Origin: Squalus acanthias
Lineage: Eukaryota
Direction: 5' to 3'
Assembly: GCA_030390025.1 (NCBI GenBank)
Contig: CM059432.1
Span: forward strand, 48,362,001 to 48,426,000
Length of the DNA stretch: 64,000 nt
Shown here in pieces: positions 11,986 to 25,800 of the stretch; position 1 is the first letter of the stretch; each line of letters starts with the position of its first letter. The position numbers and the translations under genes are program-made. The notes below the pieces were generated by a model. The model was not told the DNA's origin and made no database searches. It saw only the letters and a program-made list of their open reading frames with translations.

Positions 11986-13379
11986 AATGGCTTTGGTCTT
12001 CCCAATATTTAATTACATAAAATTTCTGCTCATCTAGTACAGGATGTCGGACAAGCAGTCTGACAATTTGGAGGGGTCGAGAGATGTGGCGGTGAGGTAG
12101 AGCTGGGTGTCGTCAGAGTACATGTGGAAACCGACACCGTGTTTTCAGATGATGTCACCGAGGGGCAGCTTGTAGATGAGAAATAGGAGGGGGCCAAGGA
12201 TAGATCATTGGGGGACACCAGAGGTAACGATGCGGGAGCGGAAAGTGAAGCCATGGCAGGTGATTCTCTGGCTACGGTTAGTTTGTAAGGACGGAGGGGT
12301 CAAGGGTTGGTTTTTTGAGGAGAGGGGTGATGATGGCAGATTTGTAGGAGAGGGAGACAGTGCCTGAGGAGAGAGAACCGTTAACAATGTCAGCTAACAC
12401 GGGAGCCAGAAAAGGAAGTTGGGTGGTCAGCAGTTTAGTGGGAATAGGGTCGAGGGAGCAGGAGGTGGGTCTCCTGGATAAGATGAGCGTTGAGAGGTCA
12501 CGAGGGGAGATCGGAGAGAAACTGGAGAAAGATGAGAGTTCAGGGCTAGGGCAGGGGGAACCTTAGAGGAAGTTTGGCCCAGTGGGCTAGAGGAAGGAAG
12601 GGAAATGGCAGAGGCAGCTGATCAGATGGTCTCAATCTTAGAGACAAAGAAGTCCATGAGCTCCTCGCACTTGTTGTTGGAGGTAAGGGTGGAGGAGACA
12701 GGGGAGAGGGGTTTAAAAAGACGGTTAGCAGTAGAGAATAGAAGCTGGGGGTTACCTTTCCATTCCAGAATGATCCTGGAATAGTGAGCAGTTTTGACAG
12801 ACGAGAGCAGGACCCAATAATGCTTTATGTGGCCCAGCCAGATCTGGCGGTGAATGGCTAAAACAGTTGTCCGCCATATCCGTTCAAGTCTGTGTCCCTT
12901 GGACTTAAGGGAGCAAAGATGAGGGCCGTACCAGGGAAGCAGTCAGCGTGAGAAAGAGCAATGGTTTTAAAACGGACTAGGGCATCAAAGGTGGTGGTGA
13001 GGGTGTGGTTGAGCAAATCAGTAGCTGCAGAAATGTTGTGGTGAATTGATGGCCAAAGGCTGGACAATTGGGATTTCACAGTTGCAGTTGTAAGAGAGTT
13101 GGGAGAGAGTATTTTCCAGGGCGGACACAAGGAAGTAGGGTTGGGGCGGATACAGAAGGAAGTAAGGTTGGTGGGAAGGGGGATGTGGGTGGAGAGCGAT
13201 ACAAGGAAGTGGCGAGAGGTGGCCTTATCTGCGATTGACACGATGGGAATAGCGAGGCCACCAGAACTCAGAAGAACAGCTGAATTGATGCGAACTCCCC
13301 CTTACCTTTTTGGTTCTTTTGAAGTTGAGATTTTCAATCATATTCAACAATTGGCATCTAACTGGCAATGCTATAATAT

Positions 13380-14090
13380 ATGAATAAAATGCATTCTGCA
13401 AATGTACAGCATGACCAAATTCACCCAATTGGTGGTGTACAAGTTGGATAATGTCATGGGAAACCTGCACAATGGTCTGGTCAGACCTCATTGTCAGCCG
13501 TTTGTCCAGGTTTGCTGACTAAGTCACAAAGGTGATATTCAAGCTCTGAAGATGATGCAGAAAAGGTGATTCCAAGTCTCGGAGGACTGAGTTATGGGAA
13601 AACCAATGTCCGCTTTAAGCTCTGTGGCTGCGCAGTGCGCTGGAGCTGCAGTGCAGCCAGCTCACCGACTTTTAAATGGGAAAAACCACGCACGCGCGGT
13701 ATTTTGAAGGGACCTCGCACCCCAAAAAAAATTAAAGGGAACACTGGGGAAAACTCTACATAAATTTTGGCTTTTAATCCATGAAAAGCAGCAACTAGGA
13801 GAGTCTTCCTAGAGGTATATAAGGCAGTAAACTTTATATAAAAGAAAGGTAAATCAGAACACTACTTAAAGCTAAACTGGCAAAAGTCAAATTCAAGACT
13901 GATACTAGAAAATTGTTCACACAAAGAATAATGATCTTTGGAATAGAATTCCAGGTAGGGGATGGGGCAAAAACCCTCGTATTACTGAACAAAACATTTG
14001 AATGCTGCGATGAGAGGACCGTTTGTTCTTTCTGGATGGATTCATGAGGATGGGCAAAATGGCCTTCCTTATCTGTATCTATCTTGTGAT
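13380..14090 (+). mobile_element. Old degraded CR1 3' fragment
   Basis: Residual ctggtcagacctca and ttcacacaaaga motifs. Boundaries approximate. Confidence 0.55.
13604..13746. mobile_element. hAT-type MITE (143 bp), copy 2
   Basis: Perfect 8-bp TSD GGGAAAAC (13596-13603 / 13747-13754). Ends CAATGTCC...GGGAACACTG. Confidence 0.85.
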
Positions 14091-14587
14091 TCAGTCTATT
14101 CACACGTTTTCAGACAAATAGCTATATACATCGATACACTGACAAATCAGCTTGTTCAGAATACATGATCCCCTACTAGTTACATCAATGTGACCATAAG
14201 CAATTTAAATCAGCAAACAAATCTGTTCCAAGATCAAACATGTTTTTGTATATTAACGTTTCGGAAATTAATCTTCTTTACTCTCTCGATCAGAAGTTAC
14301 TGTCTAAACTCTATTTAAAATGAAATGAGAAAATCCATAGGTTTCTGGCAAGGAGTGATTTTAGCAAGCTTAGTTTATATCAGTTACTTTATATAAACTA
14401 TTATGTAATTTCTATTTGATTAATTGCAAATAAGACTGTTTTGAGGTGGAATCTCAAATACTGTAATAGAAAAGCTTCAATAGAAAATGTTTGTTTTGCA
14501 TTCATGGCACTTTGTCCACAAAAAAGTTTAAAGTGAAAATGTTAAGCCAATAATCTTTTCGTAAAACACAAGACTCATTAAAACATC

Positions 14588-14983
14588 TAAAAAAAGGATT
14601 TGCATTTAAATAGTGCCGTTCATGACCTCAGGACGTCCCAAAGCGCTTTGTATCCAATTAAGTTTTTTTTTGAAGTGTAATCACTGTTGCAATGTAGGAA
14701 ACGCGGCAGCCAATTTGCGCACAAGGTCCCTCAAGCAGCAATGAGAACATCTGTTTTTTTTTAATGGTGTTGATTGAGGGATAAAGATTAGCCAGGACAC
14801 CGGGAAGAACTCCCTTACTCTTCTTCAAATAGTGCCATGGGATCTTTTACGCTCACCTGAGAGGACAAATGGTGCCTCAATATTGCACTGGAGTGTCAGC
14901 CTAGATTTTGTGCTCAAGTCTTTGGAGTGGGACTTGAACCCACAACCTTCTGATTCAGAGGCGAGAGTGAGCCACAGCTGACA
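14588..14983 (-). mobile_element. DeuSINE copy with internal deletion
   Basis: Colinear similarity to 10101-10570. Confidence 0.8.
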
Positions 14984-15424
14984 TATGAAGCCTGCAAAAG
15001 GAATAATGTAGTTTTGGTAGACAAGGAACTAATTAGTAAGGTAGGGAAAAATTTTCACTGAGGATCAGATGAAACCAATAGAGAAAGACAGAATGAATGA
15101 TTGGAGATAGAAGAACTTGGGAAAGACTGGTTAATAAGTGGAATTTTTGCCAGCTTTAACACCCTTGAAGATACTGTACATGTACGTCACAAAAATGTAT
15201 TGCAGCAAATTAAAAGGCAAATATGGGAGGTGTCTGGAAGTATGGTACTTTAAATTTTATAATAAAAAATCCTGCCTTCGAGAAAATTTGAAGTTTAATG
15301 TAATTGGCCCAATATTATTAACCACAGTGAGACTAATTAATGTTGCAAACTAAAATAGACCATTGCAACATTATTCAGTTGTGTATATAATTTTTTGATA
15401 ATGGTGCCAACATTTAGCATTTAC

Positions 15425-15633
15425 CTAAAGGCCCTTTTTGTTTCCTCCAGCTCGGCTTCTTTTTCTTCAAGCTGTTGCTTTAGTTCTTTTTTCCGCTCTG
15501 AAAGTCTCTCTACTTTTTCATTTAGATCTTGTGATACTGCAGCTTCATCCTCTAATTGTTCGTGGAAGGTCCTTTTATCCTGCAGGTTTTCCTCGCGAAC
15601 TTTCCTCATCTGTTCATCTCTCTCTTGCAAACC
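15425..15633 (-). CDS. LRRCC1: LRRCC1 coding exon GLQERDEQMRKV...ELEETKRAF(S)
   Basis: Acceptor ttgcAG and donor GTaaat, 209 bp, phase 0/2. Confidence 0.9.
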
Positions 15634-16400
15634 CTGCAAGGGCAAATAATAGTTTTTTTCAGTGTGGAAGGCCGATTCAGGAGGTAGGGCAAGCCACAGC
15701 CATATCTGCTTTAATAGGCCCTACTGCCCTCAGGTATTCGATATAAAAGTGGGATTAAATCGCAAATCAATGATTCATTAGAACTTTCCCAAAACTTAGG
15801 TATAATTTAGACACATCAGTTATATTGTTTTTCATCATTAAATTACTTACACTAGAACATTTCTATTCCAAGTTGTTATTTTGGTTAAAAAAAACGTAGG
15901 CATTTCTCATTACCGCATAGTAACACAAACTAGTTATTGGATGCCTTAATGTGAAATGTACCAATATGCAGAATATAGAATTGATGGGGTAGTTTATGCT
16001 GGTTTTACCAGCACAATTCGCCCAAAATTGGCCAAACCAGTGCAAAAGAGCGAGGAATTCCAAGCGCAAGTTACGTCTTGGCAAATTGGGTTTCTGCGAT
16101 GTTTTGCGCTGGTTCAAAAAACATCGCGCTGGAAGCCGGCCCCTCCCACAAAACTGGCCACGTCCCCAGGTTGAATTAATCGCCATTGAGAGTTTCTGCT
16201 AATTGTGTCTGTTTGCAGGCCTTGGAGGAGGCTCTTAAAATTAAGTTGTGTTTTTTTTTAGGCGCAAGGACGCCTTTTAAAAGCTCTTAAATATTAAAAA
16301 GTATTAATTTACTAAGAAACTGACTACTGTACACCAATGAAATAGCAACTGGCTTTGTATAGCTTTTTTTTTAAAAAGTCATTTAGTTTCTGGAATCATT

Positions 16401-16997
16401 GGGCTGGATTTTGATACTGGGGCGGGTTGGGGTCGTGTTATCCACCCGACTGCAATTGGATGTGGGAGATTGATGCAATTTTCACCTAATTGGGCAATTG
16501 AGTTCCAGCATGTGGGAACCCATGAACCAATTAGTGTTTTCAGTCTGAAAGTCGCCTCTGATGCTGTCATCATTGCTGCTGCATTGAAGGTCTGCAAAGA
16601 CTGCCTGGCCTTTGCTATGAGACGACCTGGATGCACAATGAGCAGCAACAGCCCTATTTATTTATTTCCTTCGTTCCTTCCTTCCATCCATCCATCCATA
16701 CTCCCGCCAGATTTCACATTCGTGGTTCAGAACAGGCGTGCTTCACGTAGAAAAAGGGTTAAAATCACAAAGGCCTTTCAAAATGGCATTATAGAGGCAA
16801 TTTAGTGCTTGTTAAGGGCCTTAACAGCCTATCCCGCCTCTTAGAGGCGGGACGGAGTCGGGACCAGCAGACACGATTTAATGAAAATTGCGTGGAGGCG
16901 GGATGGAGGCGGGCTTGTGCCCGCCCACCAGTTTTCGCAATTTTAACCCCCCACACGCCTCCAAACCCACCTCCACGGGTCAATGAAAATCCAGCCC
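16401..16997 (+). mobile_element. Harbinger-like non-autonomous element (597 bp), deletion derivative of the 27367-29530 family
   Basis: Perfect 12-bp TIR GGGCTGGATTTT/AAAATCCAGCCC. Both arms are similar to the ends of 27367-29530. Confidence 0.8.
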
Positions 16998-17309
16998 TTT
17001 GTATTTGACAGTTTCCACCTCATTTATGGAGAGAAAAAGGAGTAGCCTGCACAGACACGATGGGCCGAATGGCTTGCTTCTGTTTTGTATTGTTATATGA
17101 CTGGCCTCTGGTGAGATATTCCACAACGGGGGAAATTATGAACATTTTTCTAATCTGTGCAGCGATCTACACTGCACATGCCTAACAGTACATGCTAGTC
17201 TGTGTGGATGGCCTATTCAAGAGGCAGGGCAGGCTATAGCTAAGTCTCTCTCAGTGGATCCTGTGGCCTTGTTATATGGAATAAGCTCCTGGGAATTAAG
17301 AATTTGGCA

Positions 17310-17827
17310 GGATAGGCGCACCGTCAGTGTTCTCGCTCAGGCCAACATCCCCAGCATCGAAGCTTTGACCATGCTCGATCAGCTCTGATGGACGGGCCAC
17401 ATCGTCCGCATGCCCGAGACTCCCAAAACAAGCGCTCTACTCAGAGCTCTGACACGGCAAGAGAGCCCCAGGTGGGCATAGGAAACGCTTCAAGGACACC
17501 CTCAAAGCCTCCTTGAAAAAGTGCAACATCCCCACCTACACCTGGGAATCCCAGGCTCAAGACCGCACAAAATGGAGGAGAAGCATCCGGGAAGGCGCCG
17601 AACACCTCATGCCTCTTTGCCGGGAACAAGTGGAAGCCAAGTGCAAACAGCGGAAGGAGCGCACGTCAATCCAAGCACCCCACCCACCCGCCCCTTCAAC
17701 CACCGTCTGCCCCACCTGTGACAGAGACTGTAGGTCTTGCATTGGACTCATCAGTCACCTGAGAACTCATTTTTAGTGTGGAAGCAAGTCATCCTCGGTT
17801 CCGAGGGACTGCCTAAGAAGAAGAAGG
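17310..17827 (+). mobile_element. RTE-clade LINE 3' fragment
   Basis: WESQAQDRTKWR motif, C-terminal C2H2 finger CPTCDRDCRSCIGLISHLRTH, (aag)n tail. Confidence 0.8.
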
Positions 17828-18489
17828 CATGCCTAACAGTACATGCTAGCTCACAAACAGAACATACTCTGTGTCTGTGTGGATGGCCTATTCAAGAGGC
17901 AGGGCAGGCTATAGCTAAGTCTCTCTCAGTGGATCGATCCTGTGGCCTTGGGACAAGCTATCATATGGAATAAGTACCTGGGAATTAAGAATTTGGCACC
18001 ATACAATAGCAATTTTAGTCAGGTGCTGCCTCTGTTGGCTAGAAGGGCTTTTAATTTGGTACATTATCAGATCAATGATCTATAAAGAGGACAAGTAATC
18101 AGGATTTACAAAATGTTAATTATATTCCCATAAATATGACTCAATAATTGCAAAGTATCCTGATTATTGACAATATGGACTATATTTCATGATTTTCCAT
18201 ACACTTTTTTCAATATACCATCCATAAAAAATGAGTTATGAACTAGTAAATATATTGTATTTCAAAAGTTATTTTTAAATCTGAGGAAACAATAGTACAA
18301 TTATTTGAACTACTTTGTGTAATTTTATGTCAATGTAGTTTTCTTATAATGTAATTTTTGCACTTGACATTAGAGATGGAGATTATGAAGTGGATAACAT
18401 ATACGGTCAATAGCTATGTAAAATAAAAAGTGAATATCAATTTTCTCCCATGAATGACAAAGACCACATAACATGACTTGAAACAAATC

Positions 18490-19205
18490 AGAATATTTTC
18501 TTAATGGTGAGCAACTAGAAACATTGGAGGAGCAAAGGGATTTGGGTATCCATGTACACAAATCATGAAAAGTAATCACAATGGCTAATGGAATGTTGGC
18601 CTTTATTTGGAATACAAAGGGGAAGAGCTTATGCTTCAGTTGTACACAACCTTGGTCAGATCCCATATGAAGTACTGCGTCCAGTTTTGGGCACCACTCC
18701 TTTGGAAAGATATATTAGCCTCGGAGGGGGTACAGCGCAGATTCACGAGAATACCAGGTCTTAAAGGATTAAATTATGAGGACAGGTTGCATAAACCTGG
18801 CTTGTATTCCATTGAGTTTAGAGGTTGAGGGGCGCTCTAATCAAGGTCTTTAAAATGATAAAGGGATTTGATAGGGTAGATAAAGAAAATCTATCTCCTC
18901 TGGTGGAGGAATCGAGAACAAGAGGGCATAATCATAAAATTAGAGCTAGGCCATTTAGGTGTGAGATCAGGAAGCAATTTTCACACAAAGAGTAGTGGAA
19001 ATCTGGAACTCTCTCCTCCAAAAGGCCGCGGGTGCTGGGTCATCTGAAATTTTCAAAACTGAGATCGATAGATTTTTGTTAGGCAAGGGTATCAAAAGAT
19101 ATGGAGCAATGGTAGGTAAATGGAGTTGAGATACAGATCAGCCATGATCTAACTGAATGGCAGAAATAGCTCCATATGAATGGCCTACATCTGTTCCTAT
19201 ATTAT
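18490..19205 (+). mobile_element. CR1 3' fragment
   Basis: LVRSHMKYCVQFWAP and VQRRFTR motifs; CR1 3' UTR. Confidence 0.85.
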
Positions 19206-20428
19206 GTGGTCTTCACCAAGTTTGGGATAAAATTATATTCCATACTCACTGAGCACTATTTATTTCACAAGCTCTTCTTCAAAGTAAAATACTTGCAAAT
19301 TTAACACTAGTAGATAAGTATAGAGGGTGTTACAGTGGTTCCCCCTTTTGCCTTTCTTCAGAAGAATTGGTTTGTTACTTTGATGATCCTCTAATAAAAA
19401 TTTAGGTAATAATATTGGGTAAATACATGCCCAATTATTATGTAATTCTCTAAGCAGGTCATAGATCCACAGAAGACATTCAGCTCCATCAAAAGTACTC
19501 AAATTTATCAACAGTGGGTTAAAAGAATTGTCTTGCAGCTTTTTTTGCATACCAATACATTGCACTAAAATGGTGGGATGAAATTCATGCTTACAGCTTC
19601 TCTACACTATGAATAGCTGATCTTAGGTTGTTGAAGGTAGAGGTTCAAGGAGAGATTACAGAGTGGAGTCAAGAGGGAAGGAAACTGTGGCATAGGCATG
19701 TACCACACTTCAGTACTTCCCAGCAGCCAGTTACAGCATGGTGTTGCCAAAGGCCTGGGAGGAAGGTGCCTGGACATCAGGCCCACGTGAGAATGGTACA
19801 CGGTATGGAAGAACCGAATAAAATGGGTGAGGGGGGGGGGGGAGGGGGTGAAGAGATAAACTTCCAAAAGGGGAATAGAAATAAAATCAATATATTTTTT
19901 TAATAAAATACTTTTGAGTTTTTCCAATTTAGAAATATGATAGCTGTAAATTTTAATTCAAAATCAGGCCACAAAATTTGAAATGTAATGCAAACACTAA
20001 TTACCAGGCATGCAATTCCATACCAGAATAAAGAGGCAAAATGTTAAATTAATCTTTATGACTACTTGTAAGTTTAAAGCACTCCTCTGTCGCAGAGCTC
20101 AGAGTTTCAGTAGCTCTGAAAACTATTCATTTGGACCGGACAATCCAATTTAGTTCACCTAAACCTTAGGGATTTTTCAAAATGACAGAAAAGGTCTGCT
20201 TCTGAGGTAAGAGTGGGGGGGAAAAAAGCCCAGCTCTAATTGTAAGATTATTCTATGACAAACCACCTAATGACTGTATTTAAATCCAAAGCATAAATTA
20301 AGGTGGCTTTGCATATATACTTTTGGGATCTATTATTAAAAGATTCTTTTATCCTGTCTTATACAAAACTGATTTGTTCCTTATTATTACACACTGACTT
20401 TACAAAGTTTTTAGAATGAGAAACATAC

Positions 20429-20592
20429 TTCTTTAAGTTTTCTAATAGTTTCTGTTTGATCATCCACTATCTTTGTTTTTATCTTCAAAGCATTCATGTC
20501 CTGTTCATTTTGTTTTTTTAGAGACTCCGTCTCTGAAGTTAACATTTCAATCCTTGCCTCGAGCCTTCCTCTGTCTTGAGCCAAAGAAGTGC
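20429..20592 (-). CDS. LRRCC1: LRRCC1 coding exon (G)TSLAQDRGRLEARIE...KIVDDQTETIRKLKE
   Basis: Acceptor tacAG and donor GTatgt, 164 bp, phase 1/0. SLAQ.RG.LEA and DDQTETIRKLK motifs. Confidence 0.93.
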
Positions 20593-21344
20593 CTGTATAA
20601 TAAAAGGAGTACACTGACAGAAACCAGCCAAAAGTACAAAATACGTTTACTAGTACTCTTTATATATTTAATTGCATCCTCATATTGAAGCCTCTTTAAT
20701 AAGTAAGACATTTATGATCTCCACAATGAATGTGAATATAACATGCAGACATAGCTAGCCTGGACAACCACTGCATTATTCATCAGCCTGTAAACAAGTC
20801 ACACTACTTAGTTAATCCTTTAATCCTCTCACCAGTTTTCATCATTTCTATAACCTGTGCTCACAATTTTTATTTAAACTTCTCTGCATCTTCTCATTTT
20901 TAGTTGTGTTTTACCTAGATTTTAAAGAGCCAACTTCCTATCATAATTTGATTGAAAACGTGGGTGTGTCACACTGAATATAATTAAAAAAGGTTCAGAT
21001 ATATTCATTCTAAATGAATTTGTGAAGAGAAGCATAAGAAATTAGGTTAAGTACTTACCGCAAAACCCACTGTACTGGTCACACTGGCATAAAGGTCACA
21101 CCCATGATTTTTACACCTGCCTACTAAAATCTATAAATTGCAATCCACGATATGCATATTAATGAACATGAATATGTGGGGAGTGTGGCAGAATGGTTAT
21201 TGTCGTGGGTGAGAGTTCCACAGATTGTGAGTTCAAATCCCACTTGGGTAAGTCTATGAGTTTAAGTTTAATAAATTTGGTAATTTACAGACTGGCACTT
21301 GGGGTAAAACAAATGGTCACGGGATGAATTATTATCGATAGATT

Positions 21345-22016
21345 TTCCTGAAGGTAGCAGGACAGGTCGATAAGGTGGTTAAGAAGGCTTATGGGATATT
21401 TTCCTTTAATAGCTGAGGCACAGAATATAAGAGCATGGAGATTATGCTTGAACTGTATAAAACACTAGTTAGGCCACAGCTTCACCACATTGCAGGAAAG
21501 ATGTGATTGCACTAGAGAGGGAACAGCGGAGATTTACGAGGATATTGCCAGGACTGGAGAAAATTTTTGCTATGAGGAAAGATTGGATAGGCTGGGGTTG
21601 TTTTCTTTGGAGCAGAGGAGGCTGACAGGAGACTTGATTGAGGTGTATAAAATTATGAGGGGCCTAGATAGAGTGGATAGGAAGCACCTATTTTCCTTAG
21701 CAGAGAGGTCAATAACCAGGGGCATAGATTTAAAGTAATTGGTAGAAGGATTAGAGGGGAGTTGAGGAGAACTTTTTTCACCCAGAGGGTGGTGGGGGTC
21801 TGGACCTCACTGCCTGAAAGGGTGGTAGAGGCAGAAATTCTCATCTCATTTAAAAAGTACTTGGATATGTACTTGAAGTGCTGTAACCTACAGGGCTACG
21901 GAACCTACAGGTCTACGGACCAAGAGCTGGAAAATGGGATTATGCTGGATAGCTCTTTTTTGGCCGGCACAGAGATGAATGGCCTCCTTCTGTGCCGTAA
22001 ATTTCTATGATTCTAT
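21345..22016 (+). mobile_element. CR1 3' fragment
   Basis: YEERLDRLGLFSLEQRRL and FFTQRVV motifs; (ttctatga)n tail. Confidence 0.85.
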
Positions 22017-22431
22017 GCAACTAGTACACCAAATTTTACAGTACATGTAAAGTACAGAACCTGCAATGGTCGGTTTAAAATTGACACCTATCATTTTTCA
22101 ATAACTTCCTGCTGAAAGGTTCTCTCAATTTTATTTTTAACCTTCTAAATAATCAGGTGAATTATGGAAATGCACAATTACAGTAAACTTTCACGACTTG
22201 CAGCAGAGGATGGTTTAAAAACCTATATTCACAGCTTTTAAGAAGATAAAAAATTGAAAACAATGTAACAATGCACCAATTTCATTGTTTAATAATTCTA
22301 TTAAATTATCCAATGTTTGTTTATCCTGCTAAACATTAATAGCAATATCTTGACACACTGAATATATATGGAGTGTAAAAGGAAACCTAGGTAGGGAACA
22401 ACACAAGAACATAACCTCAATGTCCTATTTA

Positions 22432-22617
22432 AGAACATAAGAACAGAGAATTAGGAGCAGGAGTTGGCCATACGGCCCCTCGAGCCTGCTCCACCATTCC
22501 ATAAGATCATGGCTGATCTTCGACCTCAACTCCACTTTCCCCGCATGATCCCCATATCCCTCGATTCCCTTAGCGTCCAAAAATCTATCAATCTCGGCCG
22601 TGAACATACTCAACAAC
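22432..22617 (-). mobile_element. Short CR1 3' tail
   Basis: (aagaacat)n tail and CR1 3' UTR. Confidence 0.75.
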
Positions 22618-22874
22618 ATCCAACATCAGCTCTGCAATAAATGCTGCATTTATATTACAACACTGAGTGAGGCAACAGCATTGTGATTTAAATAAGATCC
22701 AGGCAATAGGGCCTTTAGTGTACTGACACATAGTTCAAGAGGCAATCCTTCTATTTATTGTCAGAGGTACAGAACTGCTGACAAACATAAACAGCAGCCG
22801 GTGATGGTATTGGATGCTGTCAATATCTCTGCCTGCAGATGGGCTGAGCACTCAATCCATTAATAAAGCCAGTC

Positions 22875-25800
22875 AATATGGTTGGAGGTCAAAGATAAAA
22901 AAGGACTTGTTACATTAGTAGGGGTGTATTAATAAGCCTTCAACTTGTGGGAAGGAAATGGAAGGGGAAATCTGCAGTCAGATTAGAGAGATGAAAAGGA
23001 ATAACAAAATTATGGTTCTGGGAGATTTTAATTATCCATTCATCGATTGGAACAGAGTAGATGGAGAAATGGGAATGGAATTCTTAAAATGTGTACAGGC
23101 CTCCTTTCTCAAGCAGTATGTTAGTAGGCCTACAAGGGCGGAGGCATTGCTAGATCTGGTTACAGCTAATGAAATAGATCAAGTAGATGAGCTAAACGTG
23201 GGTGAGCACCTTGGCAGTAGTGACCATAGTATGATATGGTTTAAGATCCAACTGGAAAGGGAAAAATTCACTGCAAAAACTAAAACACCAGAATGGTTTA
23301 GGGCAGATTTTAGAAAGATGAAGAGTAAGCTAGGTGAGGTGAAAGGACAAATTGGTACACGAGACTGTAGAACAAGAGTGGCTTTTAAAAAAGAAATTGT
23401 GACGGTACAGAATAGTTATATTCCATTAAAAAAGGAAACTACTAATCATTTTAGGATGACACATATAATACAAGAAGTTAGAAATCAATTGAAATTGAAG
23501 AAGGTGGCCGATGAAGACTATAAGAATAATAATAATGAAAAACTAAAGGAGAATATGAGAAAAAAAAGGCTATGGAAACAAGGAAAGCTAAGAGGGAGTT
23601 TGAGGGGAAAAAAAATTCAAAAATCATCAAAAGGAACACTGAAGTATTTTGTAAGTATATCAGTAAAGAGAGAATTGTTCAGTGAAGTGCACTCCGAGAG
23701 GAGAGGATAGTCAATTTGTAGATGATTGAAAGGTGGGGGATGTATTTAATAAATAATTCACATCAGTATTTACTAAAAAGGATATCAGAGGAGGTGAATT
23801 CTAAAGTGGTTAAGAGCAAGTTGAGCAGTATTATAATGGATGAGGAAAATTTAGGTTAGTTAAGCTAACTAGATGGGATACATCCTGGGATCCTGAGGGA
23901 GAAAATTGCAGATGCCCTAGAAATTATATTTCAGGGCTCTATTGAGTGTGGATGTATGCGAGAGGACTGGAGAGTGGTCAATGTAGTACTCATTCTTAAA
24001 AAGAGAGACAGAGCTAATCTGGATAATTATAGGCCAGTGTTTAATTAAGGATGAAATTACTATGTACCCGGATAAAGAGAAAATAGTTAGAAGTAACCAA
24101 CACGGATTTCAAAAATGACGATCATGCTTGACAAATCTCAATTCTTTGAGGAGGTAACAAACATGGTAGATGGGGGGGAAATGCAGTGGATGTAGTGTAC
24201 ATGGACTTTAGGAAAGCCATTGACAACGTACCACACAACAAACTGTAGAAAAGATTAAGGGGTAGAGAATTAGGGGGGGAAGATAGCAAATTGGTTGGAA
24301 AACAGAGTGGTTGGAAGTAGATAGTGGTGTCGCTCAGCGTTAATTTCTGGGGTGTAGAATAGTTCAGTCATAATAATTACATAATAATTTCAGTCTGTTC
24401 ACTGTGTATCTCAATGATTTGGATATAATCCTGGAGGAAGTGGTGTCAAAACCTTCAGATGATACTTAAATAAGAGGCAAGGTTAGTTCTTAAAAAAAAA
24501 CAAAGCAAGTTGTAAAGGGATACCGATAAAATGGGGAAATGGGCTAAAAAGTGGCAGATGGAATTCAATGTCAGTAAGTGCGAGCTGAAAAAAATAACAG
24601 CAGTAATTATACTCTGAACGGAAGTAGGCTTGGTCTGTGGAAGAGCAGGGGGATTAGGGGTACAGGTTCACAAGACATTAAGGTAGAAAACGTCCCAGAG
24701 AAAGAAAGAGGGATATAAAGAGAAAAAGTTTTACATCGAAAGCATTTCCCTTTCCTTTAAGTCTCCATACAAAGAACTAAAGATAACATTGCTTATAAAA
24801 CCACAAGGTGGCATTAAAGTTTTACATATAATCCGATTAACTGTATTAACTTTAGAATAATCAAAAGCTTCCCACAAATACATTAGAGTAAACTTGAAAT
24901 TTTTGTTCATTATTTTGGTACAGTCATGTTTCACTTTCTTTTTGCTTTCTCCTTTATTAATATTTACAGTCCTTTCAAGAATTATAGGGTAGAAATCACA
25001 ATTCTTACCAAATTCCTCTCTGCTATTTTAATTAAAATGCTATCCCATTTAAAACAAACATGTTAACGATTCCATTCAAACAGCAGAGAGGAATTTGATA
25101 CAATTATATCAAGTATGATAACATCACCAACAGTAATTTCTACTTTTATATCTTACTTCGTCGTAAAATTCAATAGATGATAATTTATTTAAGATAAACA
25201 ACATAGCAGGTAACGATTTTTCCAGCTTCAAGGTGGCATTTTAGAGGTTTTTTTAAAATAAATTACTGAACTTGGATTGCTGCAGAACAAATTTTAGATG
25301 GCTTAAATTACATCCAAAGAAATCTGGACAGGCTAAGTCAGTGAGCAGAGATGACAGATACAGCTCAACATTGATAAGTTTAAAGTTCATGAGAGTAGAT
25401 GAAAGAAATGTGAATGTGGGGTAGATATTAAATGGCAACATGCTTCAAGAAACAGAGCAGGAAAGAGATTTTGGTGGGTAGGGCTTTAAAGCCATTGGTT
25501 GGGTGTTTGAGACAGTTAAGAAAGCAAAAAAAACACTGGAATGCATAGCTAGGAGTATGACTTATGAGTCAAAGGGGGTAATGTTGACGTTTTGAGCCTT
25601 GGTGAGACTGCTTCTCGAGTAGTGTTGTCTTCTCTGCATTACAGAAAAGAAAAAGAGCCATTAGCGGGTGTTCAGAGGAGGGCTATGAAGCTGATTCCTG
25701 AACTTAAGAGAGCTAAGTTATAAAGAAAGATGGCTTACCCTAGTACTTTATTCTCAGAAGAGGAGGATTGGGGCGGGGGGGGGGGGGCGGGGGTGGAATT

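Larger units (their letters stand above)
10005..13245 (-). mobile_element. L2-clade LINE fragment, interrupted by a SINE and a MITE
   Basis: RNLGVIF, LIHAFVTSGLDYSNALL, IQNSAARVL and SGVPQ motifs; (aac)n tail at 10005. Confidence 0.88.

Noticed and set aside
15986..16400. GC-rich segment resembling another MITE arm (also 54719-55161)
   Set aside because: I could not identify matching TIR pairs or TSDs with confidence.
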